Part shown: piece by piece, positions 39,501-53,160 of the stretch
How positions within the stretch are numbered: position 1 is the stretch's first letter
Layout of the letters: each line of letters starts with the position of its first letter
Source: Paragordius varius
Taxonomy: Eukaryota; Animalia; Nematomorpha
DNA length: 64,000 nt
Direction of reading: 5' to 3'
Assembly (NCBI GenBank): GCA_964247055.1
Contig: OZ176051.1
Coordinates: forward strand, 6,572,001-6,636,000
The notes under the pieces: model-generated
Databases searched by the model: none
Seen by the model: only the letters and a program-made list of their open reading frames with translations
Told to the model about the DNA's origin: nothing
Made by a program: the position numbers and the translations under genes

Positions 39501-39649
39501 TATTCTCAATTAATAAAATTATAGGGCTACTCACTGGATTTCAGACTTTTCCAGTTAGCTATAAAAAACACACCATCCCAATCTTGGGATCATTAGAAAA
39601 AAAAACAATTGTTTCACTATCCACAACAACTATATATTAGTCCGTGAAT

Positions 39650-42110
39650 TCCAATTTTAGAAGTTACCGTAGAGGCATAATAATTCATAAATTTTTTGCT
39701 TCATTAGACTACCCAAATTTTATTAACGCCAGATTCTTAAAATTACATTACGATACCATCAAAACTTAATTTAATTCTTGCATACGCTCTAACCAGTAAT
39801 TCCTCCGAAGACGAAATTGATGAGTTGCACTCTCAGCTCCATAAGACATTTTAAATTTGCAGCAAAAACGAAATGACTATCATCTCTGGTGATTTCGACG
39901 AACCTTTGGCTGTGAGATTGAACGTCTCCGGTGGCTTTGGCCATGGTAAAAGAAATCGTCGTGGTGATAAATTAATAGAATTTTGTGTGGATCACAAACT
40001 CGCTCCAATACATTCTTTGATGATATTCTCAGAAGGAGATATACTTGGGTTTCCTCAAGAAACACACGTTCCAAATTGACTTCATCTTTATTCAACAAAA
40101 ATGGATAAAATGCATCATAGGAGCTAAAACTTTCCCAGGAATCGTAATAGTCTTCGATCATGAACTTTTGGCAATTAAACTTAAGTTTAAATTAAAGGCT
40201 AAATTATCCCAAAGGTAATAAGAGCTTCCACTTTTCTGTGACTAATGAATTTAAATCCCAATCGAATACCATTCTTCATATCCACAATAATCTGAACTTC
40301 AACGACCACTGGCTTCGGACCATAACTGTAATCAACGAACTGATTCCCAAACTTCCACTTCAACGAAAACATCCCATTGCGAGGCTCTCCTACGATTCTA
40401 TTATTTTAGCCAACAAACCCAGATTGGCCAAAATCAACAACAATATTACTGAATACCGTATTCCGAATTCGCTTTCAAAAGGCAATCCAGAAAAGTCAAT
40501 CAATACTCACTATCTTGCAATTTGTGAAGACTTAGAACTCGCTAATACAAAGGGGAGAAAATATACCAAAAATTACATTTGTGAGTCCCTCATAACTCCC
40601 TCAATCTGGGGAGCATCAGCAACCCCGACAACGCAAAAAAAGATGATAAGATTAAACGTTAAGAAGTCGGAGCTGTTCTCGATTGTGATGACCAGCCTAT
40701 TCTACATTCGTATTTGCTTTCTCTGAATTCTTCTGAACTCACCCAATTTTAGTGGATCGATTCTATTCGCTAAAAACATTTTTTTCTCTTATAAACTAGC
40801 TTACAATACCTCCCAAACTCTCAATCTATTCAACAAATCTTTTGCAAAATGTTTTTCAATCCCACTATTGGCCTGACGAATGGGTGTAATCGTATCTCCT
40901 ACCATTCTTCACAAAAACAACCCTCATCTCTGTCAGAACTGCCGAATGATCGCTATCACCAACAAACTATCCAAACTCCTCCTCAAAATTCTCAGAAATT
41001 CATTTACTGATTATAAAGTTTCTGATTTTAAAATTGGTTTAGCAGATCAAAGCGCAACACTACCAACATATAGTCAATATTAATAATATAATTAAGAGGT
41101 ATAATGAATTCGGTGCAAGTTTGTACTGCTGTTTTTGGACTTAAGTCATTTGATACAGCCAACCACCACTGTTTCTGGAAGATTTTACATTTTCCGGAGT
41201 TTCCCCCACATAATACTTTTGCTGCAATCGTTGTATTTTAAGTAAACAGCTGCTATCTAAATACAATACGGTCCCACCGACTGTTCCCTATCCTCAGAGG
41301 CGTGAGAGAAGGATGTGTCCTTTCTCCCATCCTATTTTACACATAAACCTTAAAACACATTAGTAATTTTCCTCAACATATCAAAGCGCGCCTCGGTGGT
41401 CTTACTGTATGCGATCTTCGATACGCTAATGATACGGTTTTTTTGACTGAATCTCAGGCCATGATTTATCTCTTAAATAGATTTACCGTCGATGTAAGTT
41501 TGATGGGTTTGAACCTTTACTCTAAATCTAAACTAATGATCCTCAACGACGCTCAGATTGCAATACTTAGTAATGCCTCCTCTTTTAACTTAACCGGTAC
41601 TGCAAGTATTTAGGATTAATAATTGCATGTAACGGCAGTTTGGATCCCGAAATACGAGCACGGCTTGCATTAGGGCGTGCTACCATGGGAAAGCTGTTCA
41701 GAATTTAGAACTCTTCGGTCATAAGAGTTTTAATAAAAAAGCCATCCTATAAGCGATGGTTTACCCCGTCGCTATTTACGGGTCTAAATCATGGGTATGT
41801 AAATCCACCGACAAAGCTAACATCAACTCATTTCACATGTGGTGCTTCAGGAAAATTTTGAGTATTTCCTGGAAAACCCACATTTCCAATTCATAAATAC
41901 TAACTTCCTCAAACCAGAATTTCTACTTTACGATCTGGTATCTACAGGCACCTAAAATATCTAGGCCACATTCTTCGATCCGATTCGCTGGAAATAACAT
42001 TATCCTTGGGTTGGTCGATGGGACTCGCAAAAGAGGCCTCCCAGAATAGCGGTATCTTTGTATCATTAAATCAGATGTGAACCTTAACTACCGAATAAAT
42101 TCAGTCTCAA
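39650..42110 (+). mobile_element. Heavily degraded RTE-clade LINE
   Basis: IISGDF..GGFGHGKRNRRGDKLIEFC (EN), CRMIAI, GCVLSPILF, DLRYANDT (YADD relic) and GLVDGTRKRG. Many stops and frameshifts; ends approximate. Confidence 0.8.
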
Positions 42111-43299
42111 GATCGTCTGGAATAGAATAAGCTTATTTATGGGAGAGTCAAGAGTCGCTACGCGACTTGCTTCTATACAACAGCAATATCAGAATTTAGC
42201 ATATATTTATAATTATCGCGTTTCAGTATTTCGTTTATTTTTACACTTCATTATCTTTTCAGTTTGTTGTCCTAGTTTACATCTTGTGATTTTATATCCT
42301 AGAGATATTTATAAATATACAGTTTTTAATGTTATTTTAGGTTAAATGTAATTATCAAACATTGTTCTTAATTAGATTAAAAAGCTCATAATTTTAACAG
42401 TTTTGTGACTTCTAAAGTCTAAAATTAGGACTAACACGATTGAAACAAACAGCTTATTTTAATTCAAAGTATATCAAGTTTTTGCTGGTAAAACGTAGCC
42501 TAAAAGCTTATTAAAGTTGATTGTTTATATTTTCTAACCATAATATACATTTATTTCCATGTTGTATAAGCCATTTAAAAAAATATCGAAAAAATGGCGG
42601 CAAAAAAGTTGATGAGAATTTTTATAACAATATTACATGTTTTAAAAAACTTTTTTTATATAATGCACCAAAAAAACTAAAGAATGCATATTACTTGTCT
42701 TAATACCTTAATTCCTTTTTAAGATATTTAAATTTTAAATCGCTCTGGGATAAAAACAACTCCAAAATGTAATGGATAAGAATAGTGAAGAGCGAAAAAT
42801 TTGGGATTTTCGGACCCCACATCTAAAAATTAAATTTTGTAAAAATCTCTGTTGCTTTACAATAAATATTATGATATATTTTAGTGATATTTTTGGAAAA
42901 GGGCACAAAGAAAAATTCATTACGGCGCAAATTTAGCCATTTTCTCATAAGGACACTTACCAGAAAATTAATAACATTCTTAAATCACTAGTAACGGTCG
43001 AAATCAAAAGCACCATGACGATCATGTTTAATATTTATTTCATCAGGATATTTTTTTATACCCTTGATTTCATACGCAGTGTTATTAATTTTATCGATAA
43101 CAATGCTCATTTTGAACATTCTCCTAAAATATACCAAAAATATTTGATGGCGCATATTATGCTAAATAATTTTTTTTGCAAAAAGTAAACGGAAACTCTT
43201 TATCCCAATTTTTTTTTGGCATTATATACAGTATTCAAAAAAAGCTATATTTTTATATAATTTTAACTTTTATATTTTAATTAGAAAAATATAGAAGTC

Positions 43300-43460
43300 A
43301 CTTTTTTTTAAATGGACTTAAATTGTATCCGGACTTGTGAAGCTTTAACACTCGCCTGCCCAGGGCTGACAGTGGAGATGAAATTGCGTAGTTTCGGGAT
43401 TCGAACTCTGGCAATCAGGGTAAGAGTCCGGCGCCCTATCTACTATACCATTACACCTCC
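43300..43460 (-). mobile_element. tRNA-derived SINE (~160 bp)
   Basis: The minus strand reads GGAGGTGTAATGGTATAGTAGATAGGGCGCCGGACTCTTACCCTGATTGCCAGAGTTCGAATCCCG (Pol III A- and B-box-like), then a ~85-nt body and an A-rich tail. The stems are not intact, and a homolog lies at 7540-9070. Confidence 0.7.
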
Positions 43461-43679
43461 TTTTATATTTATTAAAAAACCCAAAAATGTTGCCTAGCTT
43501 AAATGGGCTTTTTCTCAAAAGGATAAATAAAATTTCAGGTATTGTTTATTTATAGGGATCAGTGGCTACTAAAATTTTTAATTATTGTTTCAATTGCCAA
43601 AACACCACTAAATGTTTCATAATGTTTCACACCTAAATACAACGCATTCTTTTTCCTTCGATACAAATTGGCGTTATAC

Positions 43680-46600
43680 CCCAGGCCTGTTTAAAATTAA
43701 TTATTTCAAATACTTGATAAATTGAATTCAAGCCAAAAATTTGCACCTATATATATTAACGAAATACAAAAAAATATTTAAGAATACATGATAACCAAAA
43801 ATTTAGTCAATATGACATGTGGGAATTAGTTTGATACGGATTTTTTTCAAAACTAAATTTTATTTACATTTGGTTATATCATTAACACTTCGATTCGAAT
43901 TGGGGTATCTAAATACCCCAGACTAAGTAAGGATTTTTAAAAAACTACTGAAGGAAACGGTTTAATTAAAAATTAAGCCTCTATCCTAATAAAAATTATA
44001 TAAATATGCCAAAATATGTAAATGTTTTGAAAAAAAGTTCCATGTCAAACTACTTCGACGCCATTTTTATTTTACAAAATTTTTGCAAATATCGTCATTT
44101 AACACTTGGATACAAAACATTCATTTTAGTCCTTCGATTCAAATTGGGGTAGTTGGATACCCCAGGCTGTTTCAAATTAAATACTTTAAAATATAAGAAG
44201 TGAATCGCAACTATGGCGAAATTCTGCACTTTTACAATATTAATAAACCGAAATACATAAAAAGTTTGATTCATAATACTTGATTTTACTTATTTTAAGC
44301 TCTAAAGGTAAAAATTTAGTCAACGTGACATGTGTGCATTGGCTAAATCAAAAAATAATGCATAATAAACCAATTTTTCTATTTTTATTTATGTTAGATG
44401 TGATTTAAATAAAAAACTAGCTTTAATTTTACCTATAAATTAACACTTCGATTCAAATTGGGGTACCTAAATACCCCAGACTAAATTAAATTAATATTTT
44501 AAAAGAATTACTGAAGGAAACGGCCCTAATTTAAATATATGCTTCTATCCTTCGACGCCATTTTTATTTTACAAAATTTTTGCAATATATCGTCTTTATT
44601 TAATTTTAAGGGTATAACTAAAGCTAATTTTTTATATAAGTTACATCTAACATTGATAGAAAAAGCGGTTTATTTTGAATTATTTTTTAATTTTACAATT
44701 TGGCACAAGTCACGTTGACGAAATTTTTACCTTTCGCTTTCTTAAAATAAATAATATCAAATATTTTAAATTTTTTTATATATTTCGGTTTATTAATGTT
44801 ATATAAGTGCAAAATTTTGCCATGGTTTCGAATACTTCCATACTTTTTAAAATATTTGATAAACAGGCCTGGGGTATCCAACTACCCCAATTTGAATCAA
44901 AGGAATAAAATGAGTGTTTTGTATCCAAGTGTTAAAATGAACACGATATTTTGCAAAAATATTGAAAAATAAAAATGGCGCCGAAGTAATAAGAACTCAA
45001 AACGAAATTTTATTTTGGTATTTTAGCTTATTTATGTAATTTATATTAGAATAGAAGCATGAATTTAAATTGGTACCGTTTCCTTCAATGGTTTTTTAAA
45101 AATTATAACTTGTATTTAGTCTGGGGTATTTAGATACCCCATTTTAAATCGAAGTGTTAATTAAAAATTTATCTAAAAATATTGAGTTGTGAGGCTTGAT
45201 GACAAGTGTATATAAAATTCCAGATATTATCTTCTGTATAATTCGATGTTGACAATTTCTATCAGCTCAAATTTTAATTAATTCGTTTTTATATTATGTT
45301 TATTGACTATTAGTTTTTACATTATTTATAAATCAAATCAACCTAACGTTTAGCATGATTATATTAGAGAGAAAGAGTGTTTTCATAATAAAGTGTATCA
45401 TACCGTTTCGATAATGCCTCTAAATAGATGATTTGCGATTCGTATTTCCGCATTACGTTTGCCTAGAGAACTCATTTTAGAGCGATAAAATACGATACCT
45501 TAGGAAAAATAAAAACATTTTATTTATAGAAAATTATCATATACTTAGTGTATTTATTCTAAAATTTTATTTTACAAAATGTGCGCAAATATTGATATTT
45601 TATGACATAGACTTACTACACTTAAGACCAAAGCCAAAAACATCATAATAATCCTGGTATTTCCTATCAAAATACAGAAATTAGGAATTATATTTATATT
45701 TTGATTTTGGAAGCTAGGTAATGAAAAACACTCCCCTTTTCAACAAGCTAATTTTAAGCTATACACTCCTCACTATACTAATTGATGATTCTAGTTTAAT
45801 TACCAAAACTTTGGGGCCAATATAACACTTCGATTCAAATTGGGGTATAAATACCCCATAAATTTTATCTAAAATTTTTAAAAAACAACTGAAGGAAACG
45901 GTCCCAATTTAAATTTATGCTTCTATCCTAGTATAAATTATATAAATATGCCAAAATATCTAAATAAAATTTAGTTTTGAAAAAAAGTCCCATGTCAAAC
46001 TACTTCGACGCCATTTTTATTTAACAAATTTTTTGCAAAATATTGTCGTCATTTAATTTTAAGGGTAAAATTAAGGCTAATTTTTTAATAAAATTACATA
46101 TAACATTAATTAAAATAAAAAAACCGTTTATTTTATATTATTTTTCAATTTTACCATTGCACACATGTCACGTTGACTAAATTTTTACCTTTCAGATTTA
46201 CTTAACACTTGGATACAACACATTCATTTTAGTCCTTCGATTCAAATTGGGGTAGTTGGATACCCCAGGCCTGTTTAAAATTAAATTCTTTAAAAAATAA
46301 GGAAGGAATCGAAGCCATGGCAAAAATTTGCACTTATATAACATTAATAAACCAAAATATATAAAAGATTTTATTCAAAAATACTTGAAATTTATTTTAA
46401 GCTAAAACAGAATGGTAAAAATTTCGTCAACGTGACATGTGTGAAATGGTGAAATTAAAAAATAATATAAAATAACCTGCTTTTTCTATATCTATCAATG
46501 TTAGATGTAATTTAAAAAAAAATAAGCTTTAATTTTACCCTTAAAATTAAATGAAGACGATATTTTGCAAAAATGTTGCAAAATAAAAATGGTGTCGAAG

Positions 46601-46968
46601 CAGTTTGACATGGAACTTTTTTTTCAAAACAAAATTTAATTTAGATATTTTGGCATATTTATATAATTTATATTAGGATAGAAGCATAAATTTAAATTGG
46701 GACCGTTTCTCTCAGTAGTTTTTCAAAAATCATAACTTTAATTTTGTCTGGGCTATTTAGATACCCCAATTTGAATCGAAGTTTTAAAATAAGTAATATC
46801 AAGTATTTTTGAATAAAGTTTTTTATATATTTCGGTTTATTAATGTTATGTAAGTGCAATATTTTGCCATGTCGATTCCTTCCATATTTTTCAAAGAATT
46901 TAATTTTAAACAAGCCTGGGGTTTTTAACAACCCCAATTTGAATCGAAGGATGTATTGCATCCAAGTG
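43680..46968. mobile_element. Cluster of self-nested TTAA-inserting (piggyBac-like) MITEs, ~490-600-bp unit
   Basis: Ends are TTAA|CACTTCGATTCAAATTGGGG and TTAA|CACTTGGATAC-(~20 bp)-CTTCGATTCAAATTGGGG. Copies lie at 43886-~44098, 44103-45156 (containing inverted 44444-44931) and 45826-46968 (containing inverted 46206-~46783), plus a deleted copy at ~43680-43880. Inner copies are flanked by duplicated TTAA. Confidence 0.8.
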
Positions 46969-47028
46969 AATTTTTACCAAAAAAAGTGAAAAATCTTTAC
47001 AATCATATGAAATTTAAATTTGAAATTT

Positions 47029-50000
47029 ATGACTAAAATTTTGGAATGCGAAAAATTAGAAAATAATCGTTTTGAAGTCAATGTAGGATTTAATAAAGAT
47101 TACATCGAGCAGTTTAAAAAAGTTCCTGGCTACAAATATGGTTTATCTTTAATCATTTTATAGATCCAAATAAAAAGAAATGGAGCTTTGATCAAATTAA
47201 TTTTGACAAATTGAGTATTTATATTATTTGAATTTTAGATTTTCTTTTGAAAAAAGTTGACAATGCAATTGTCTTACAAATGGTCAATCACAAATCACCG
47301 ATTACTATTAATAATGCTCTATTTTCATCCCGCATCATTAAACCAAAATTTATTTTAAAGTCTTCTACACGCTTTATTGTAGAATGCCCTTTCGAACAAA
47401 AGTTGATTGATGTTTTTAAATCTATCACATCAAAATCGTATGGTAATTTATATTTTAAGTTACAGATCCCCAAACCAAGTTATGGAATTTTCATATCAAC
47501 GATCATGACAAATTAGGTTCATTTTTACCAATTTATTTATAAATTATATTATTTTTCAATTCATTATTAAAGTTAAGGTGTGTGAACAGTTAAGACCTCA
47601 AATATGCGTAGAACCTCTGCCGAGTTTCATTGTCCGCGCACTTTGCAAAAATACCGAAATGAGTTCAACCAATCATCAAATTTATCCTCCCCTTACTAAA
47701 AAAGTTAAATTGGAAAATGTCAATAATGATTTCTTGCAGTCTGAGCAAAGCATTTTTGATAAAATAGATCCATATCTAGTCTCGAATCTTTTACCCTTTC
47801 AAAGACAAAGTGTTGAGTATACATTTCATTTTTATACTTTCACGTCACGCCAATAATCAAATATTTTTTAATATCGTATTCATTTTAGAAAAAGTATTTT
47901 GGACTTTAAAGGCCGCATCCTATTAGCAGATGACATGGGATTGGGTAAAACTATACAAGCTCTAGCTATCGCACATTATTACATGAACGAAGATTGGCCA
48001 CTTTTAATTATTTGTCCATCTTCTGTCCGTTATCATTGGCATGAGGTACGATTAAAATTAATTAACAATATTTAATATTTATATTATTTTATAAATTATT
48101 TTCAAGTATATAAATTGGAATTAATTACAGTAAAACTTCCTTTCTAATCACCCAAATTTGATAAAAATAGTTGGCTCAATGTCATATATAGACCCTTTTT
48201 ACGAAATATTAAATTTCTAATGTTTTAATTAATTTTCAATTAATATTGTTTTCATTAATATATTAAATTTCAATGGGTATTTTTATTTTGGCTTATTATA
48301 AGTGTTATAACATACCAAACCTTTTTTTAGTATGGTATAGTTCTAAAATATCAATTTTATATTTTTAGTATCTAATCGATCATGTACCTCAAAACTAATT
48401 CCAAATTATTTATCATCTTATTTTTAATATTGTTTAAAACTAAGTATATGCTTTATCCATTGCTCTACATTTACCATTGTTTCGACCTTTAAACTTTGTA
48501 TGAATTAAGTTATAATTGTGAGAAATTTGCCCATTATTAAATTATTAATCATCATTCTTTCTTGATAATAGGCAATCAAGCGTTGGTTACCCTCTATTCC
48601 ACCCAAAAATATAAAAGTTTTGGGTGGTTCTTCTTCCTCATCTTGCTCAAAATCATGCAATATAAATGATTGTGGACATATTGTCACACAACTTAAAGAA
48701 CAAAAAAATGTCATACTTATAACGACCTATGATTTAATTGCTAGGCATAAAGCAACACCATCAAATAACACTACTAACTCAAAAACCTCTAAAGATTTCT
48801 ATGGTATAAAATTACATTTCGATAATGATTAATAACTTGTATTAAATGAAATAAATTACCGAAATATAAGATTTTCGAATAATATATTAATATATAGTAA
48901 TTAAAAATCAGATTTATTACATTTAATCGATTAAATTCATACAAATTTATTACTTATAATATAATTGGGTGATTTATTAGGAACTAATGTGGTTATAATC
49001 ATTTTTTTCATTACATCAGTTATTAAATTATATTATGTTATTTTTTAGTGCTATAAATAAATTTTCGTTAAAAGATGATAACACAAACCTATAAAAAAAT
49101 TATTTAATTTGTATTAATGAATATATCAATTTATTTATGGAAACGTTTGAAATATTATATATATGTAGAGTTAAAGATATAAAAATTATATTTGGTAAAA
49201 CCTTTGTTAGCCGTAATTTTTAAGCATTTCATACATATTATAATGCTTTACTGTTATCTGAATATATATAAAAATTAGGTTTTATCAATTTTATCCTGCA
49301 TGTATTTATCAGAACTTTAATTGAAAATATTGAAATCTTTTAGATATCTAAATTGAGTATTAGCATTGTTTTTTATAATAATATCAGAGGAATTCGATTT
49401 TATTACCCATTGGAAAATTAATTATGTTATTATGGCATATTCTATAACAAAAAAAACATTGTCGAAACAAATATAAATTATAGTTTTATATCGTAAAATA
49501 AATTTTCATGTTTTTTTTTATAAAATATTAAATTTTTATGCCAATTTTTTCCGTACAAAAGTTTTTTTTTTTCATTACAATAAAGTTTACAAAGTAAACA
49601 TATCCAATATGAAATTTAAATCCATTTTCATTTTAAGTTAAACATTTTTTTGACTTTAAGATAGTGATGACCAGGAACCAATACCGCCGAAGGGAAGGTC
49701 TGTCAAGACTTCCACGTTGTTTGAAGTCACGCTACCAAAATTTAAAGAAATTAAAGATGGACAAACTTTTAACACAACACTTTTTCCCACTATTATTCTG
49801 GATGAATCTCATTACATTAAAAATAGTAAAGCGGTTAGGGCGCAAGCTGTGTTAGCTATGGTTAAAGTAAGATATATTGTTAGAAAATTTATTTTTGTGA
49901 CTAAATTTTTTAGATGAGAGAATTAGATGGGTTTTTTAGGGTTAAAATGGGAATATTTATTATAAATCGAAAATGCGACAAATTTATGATTAGGATATTT

Positions 50001-53000
50001 ATAAAATTAATACAAAGATAATAAAATTTTTTTATATTGTTATATAAACATTTTTTTAATTCAAATTTGATCCATTTGCACTTCAAGAGTGTCCTACATT
50101 TAAAACTGTTCCTTGAACATTTCAAGATGGTTCCAGAACCTTCAAGTTGGTCTAAACACTTTTGGTCTTTTTTGGATATATCCATAATTTTTTATGTATT
50201 TTTTTATTTTATTAATTCTAATTTCATTTATTTATTATATATTTAATCATTTAAAAATAAAAGTTTCAATAACCACTTTTTTTGTTGCAAACTAAATTTT
50301 TCCAAAACAAAATTTTTAACTTAAAGATTTTTTTACTGAAAAATTGGAAATAACACAGAAAACTCATATTATTTTAATTACATGTTATAATCTAATAAAC
50401 ATTTAAAATAATTTTTAAATAATTAATAAAGATATACGGTTTTTGAATGATAAAAACTTGCATTAGGTTAAAAATGTTAAAATAGCAAAATAGCACACGA
50501 TTTGATTGATAAAAGTTACAAACAAAACAAAGATAAAGGACCAACTTGAAGTGTTCAAGGACCAATTGAAATGTTCAAGAATTAACTTGAAGTGTTCATG
50601 ACACTCTTGAAATGTTCAAGGACCAACTTGAATTGTTCAGGGACACTCTTGAATTGAAAATGGTATATTCCCTATATATTAAAATTACAACTATCGAAAA
50701 CCGATGGAAAGGTATAATTTTTAATTAAATTTGAGGATTTCATCATAAATTATAAAAGTTATAATAAAATAGCAATGATTAATTGTTTTGTTGGTTTCAT
50801 TTTTGAATATTAGGTTATTAGACTCTAAATTTTTATATAATATATTTATTTAAATAACATATCATTATATTTACTCGCAGTTAGTATACAATACCGCAAA
50901 CATTTTAGTAAGGGTTATAATAAACAAAATAAATTTTTACATATGCCTTCTTTATTTATATATGAAGACCCCAAAGAGTAATATTAGGCTTATTGATCAC
51001 GTATCCAAAAAAATTTATTAAACCGTTTTAAAAGTCTTAATTTAATATTAATATATAGTTTTACACCTCAAATTTACCCTTCAACAAAATTTACCCTAAA
51101 AATAAAATACGTATTTTTGGGCTAATATAACTCATAATCAATAGCATAGTTTAATATTTTTTTCAGCATTATATTTATTTTTTACAAAAAAAATTTATTT
51201 TGTAAAAATTATAGAAAAATATAGATAATTTTAATTATTCTAAAAAATAATTTATTTAGGGGCAATTTTGAATTGTCTAAGGGTGAATTTAAGGAATGGT
51301 ATATTACATAATTTTTCATTTTTGTTTCCATGTGTTAGCACTGTAGACGTGTTATACTGTGTTCTGGTACTCCAGCACTATCCCGCCCCGAAGAATTATA
51401 TACTCAAATATCTTGCATAATCCCTAAACGTTCGGAGTTTCCTGGTTTCTATGACTTTGGTCTTAGGTATTAAATTTAACCTATATATATATATATATAT
51501 ATTTGATGTTTTTCTAAAATCTCCCTTTTTTAAAAATGACTTTATAGAATTTCATATCAATATACTTAAATTTAATCAAACAAAATGATTAAATAATTTT
51601 TGCAAAGTAAAGTACCGTGAAAATATATAGCGTTTGAACACAATTTATATTATTAAACAATTTAAAAATAACTACCTCATATGAGCGAATTTAATTTAGT
51701 TTTTATGAAATATTAAAAGAGTACAAATTTAGGTGACATGGTGTGATATAAAAAATATTTGACTGCTAAAATGAACTATATACAATCTAAAGTACCTCTA
51801 CTTTTTGATATTAATTAAAATTTGTATTTGTTTACAATTTAATATTTAATATTGGCACTAATGATAAACTATCCCAAATTTTTAATTAAAGAAATTAGCT
51901 TGGATATTTTAGGATTTAATATGTTAAGGGTGAAATTTGAGTTGATCAGTTTAAATGTTTTAATAATTAGTTAGAGTATTAAGTATTCAATGTTTAAGGG
52001 TAATTAGTGTACTTAAAAGGGAAAATCTAAAATGTTCGATAGTTAATTTGAAATGTTAAAGGCTGATGATAAAAATGTTTAAGGGTGAGTTTAAAGTAAA
52101 ATGTTATAAATAACATGTAAACATTGTACAAAATATACATTTTATTTTGTTTCTTAACTCTACCATTCATTAATATCTTACAAATTAAAAATAAAATTAT
52201 TTTTAAATAACGAGGGTAGCAAGCCAATTTTGAAAATGTAACATAATTTTGTATGAATTTATAACTAGATATTGTGATGCTAAACAAACTCCTTGGGGTT
52301 GGGATTATTCTGGCTCCTCGAATCTGACTGAACTACAAATTTTCATGGAAAATCGCGTTATGATTCGAAGGTTTTCTAATGATAAACTTTATAATTGAAA
52401 TTTATTGTTTGATATTTGAAATTCCTTTTTAAATTAACAATTGCAAAGTATTTCGAATTGCAAAAATATTCAAAAATTTCACAAGAAGTATATTGGATTA
52501 ATTTGAATTTGATGATATGATTAGAATGAAAAATGAAGTATTGAATGAATTACCGAAGAAGACAAGAATTATGGTTCTTTTAGATGCAAAATTTGTCGAT
52601 TCAGAAAACAAAGTGTTACATCATGCAGCCAATGATTTACAAAACACCAAGTCATCTGTAATTATATTTTCTATACATTTTTTTTTTTTTGGGGGGGGGG
52701 GATTGTGTTTAATAATGAAAATTAGGCATGTATACAATTTGAAAGTAAAATATCGATTTGGATGAATAAAACAGTTTAAAATTTTTATCAGATAGTTTAA
52801 AAAGATTCACTTTACTGGTTAAAGACGTTATTAGATAAATGTTTATTTTATTGACTATAAAAAGAGTTTAATACTGGGAAAACTTTAAATTTTGGAATTT
52901 TTTCGACTAAGCTTATTATTTTATTTAGGGCTTGGACAAAAAGGGAATGTTAATGCTTTATTTCCGAGAAACATCTAAAGCTAAAGCAAAAGCTGTTACC

Positions 53001-53160
53001 AAACATTTAAAACATACCCTAATACCAAAAATTAAAAACTCAGGTAAAAATTAAAATTTGATGCCAATAAATTTGTATAGAAACAACATCTGAAAAATAT
53101 ATTATTTTCGCACATCATCACACAATGATTATGGATATTAAAAAATTGTTGGAATCCAAG
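47029..53160 (+). CDS. SMARCAL1: SMARCAL1/HARP annealing helicase (two HARP domains + SNF2 ATPase), 5' 13 exons; C-terminal helicase exons not in window
   Basis: Exons are 47029-47140, 47164-47214, 47239-47442 (or -47437), 47466-47515, 47573-47816, 47889-48045, 48572-48803, 49661-49866, 51339-51466, 52269-52370, 52525-52657, 52929-53043 and 53081-53160. Motifs are HARP ([18 protein letters not shown]; [15 protein letters not shown]), [75 protein letters not shown] and IIFAHH. Confidence 0.95.
49945..50675. mobile_element. Intronic element with inverted arrays of ~20-bp subterminal repeats
   Basis: The forward array (gaccaacttgaagtgttcaag-like, ~6 units) is at ~50538-50656 and the reverse array at ~50070-50155. 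GGGAATAT/ATATTCCC lie near the ends. Confidence 0.55.
51055..51300. mobile_element. MITE of the same TIR family as 36630-36932, just upstream of SMARCAL1 exon 9
   Basis: Left end aaatttacccttcaac and right end gaattgtctaagggtgaatttaaggaatggtata. Related aagggtga repeats occur at ~51925-52095. Confidence 0.45.

Noticed and set aside
43395-43460. Functional tRNA gene
   Set aside because: A- and B-box-like motifs are present, but the acceptor and anticodon stems do not pair well by eye. A non-tRNA body and an A-rich tail follow, and a diverged second copy exists, so a SINE is the better reading.
42139-50246. Assorted 60-92-aa track ORFs (44693..44881, 46692..46961, 48505..48714, 49910..50246 and similar)
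   Set aside because: They lie in MITEs, in introns or antisense to SMARCAL1 exons and show no protein-like conservation.
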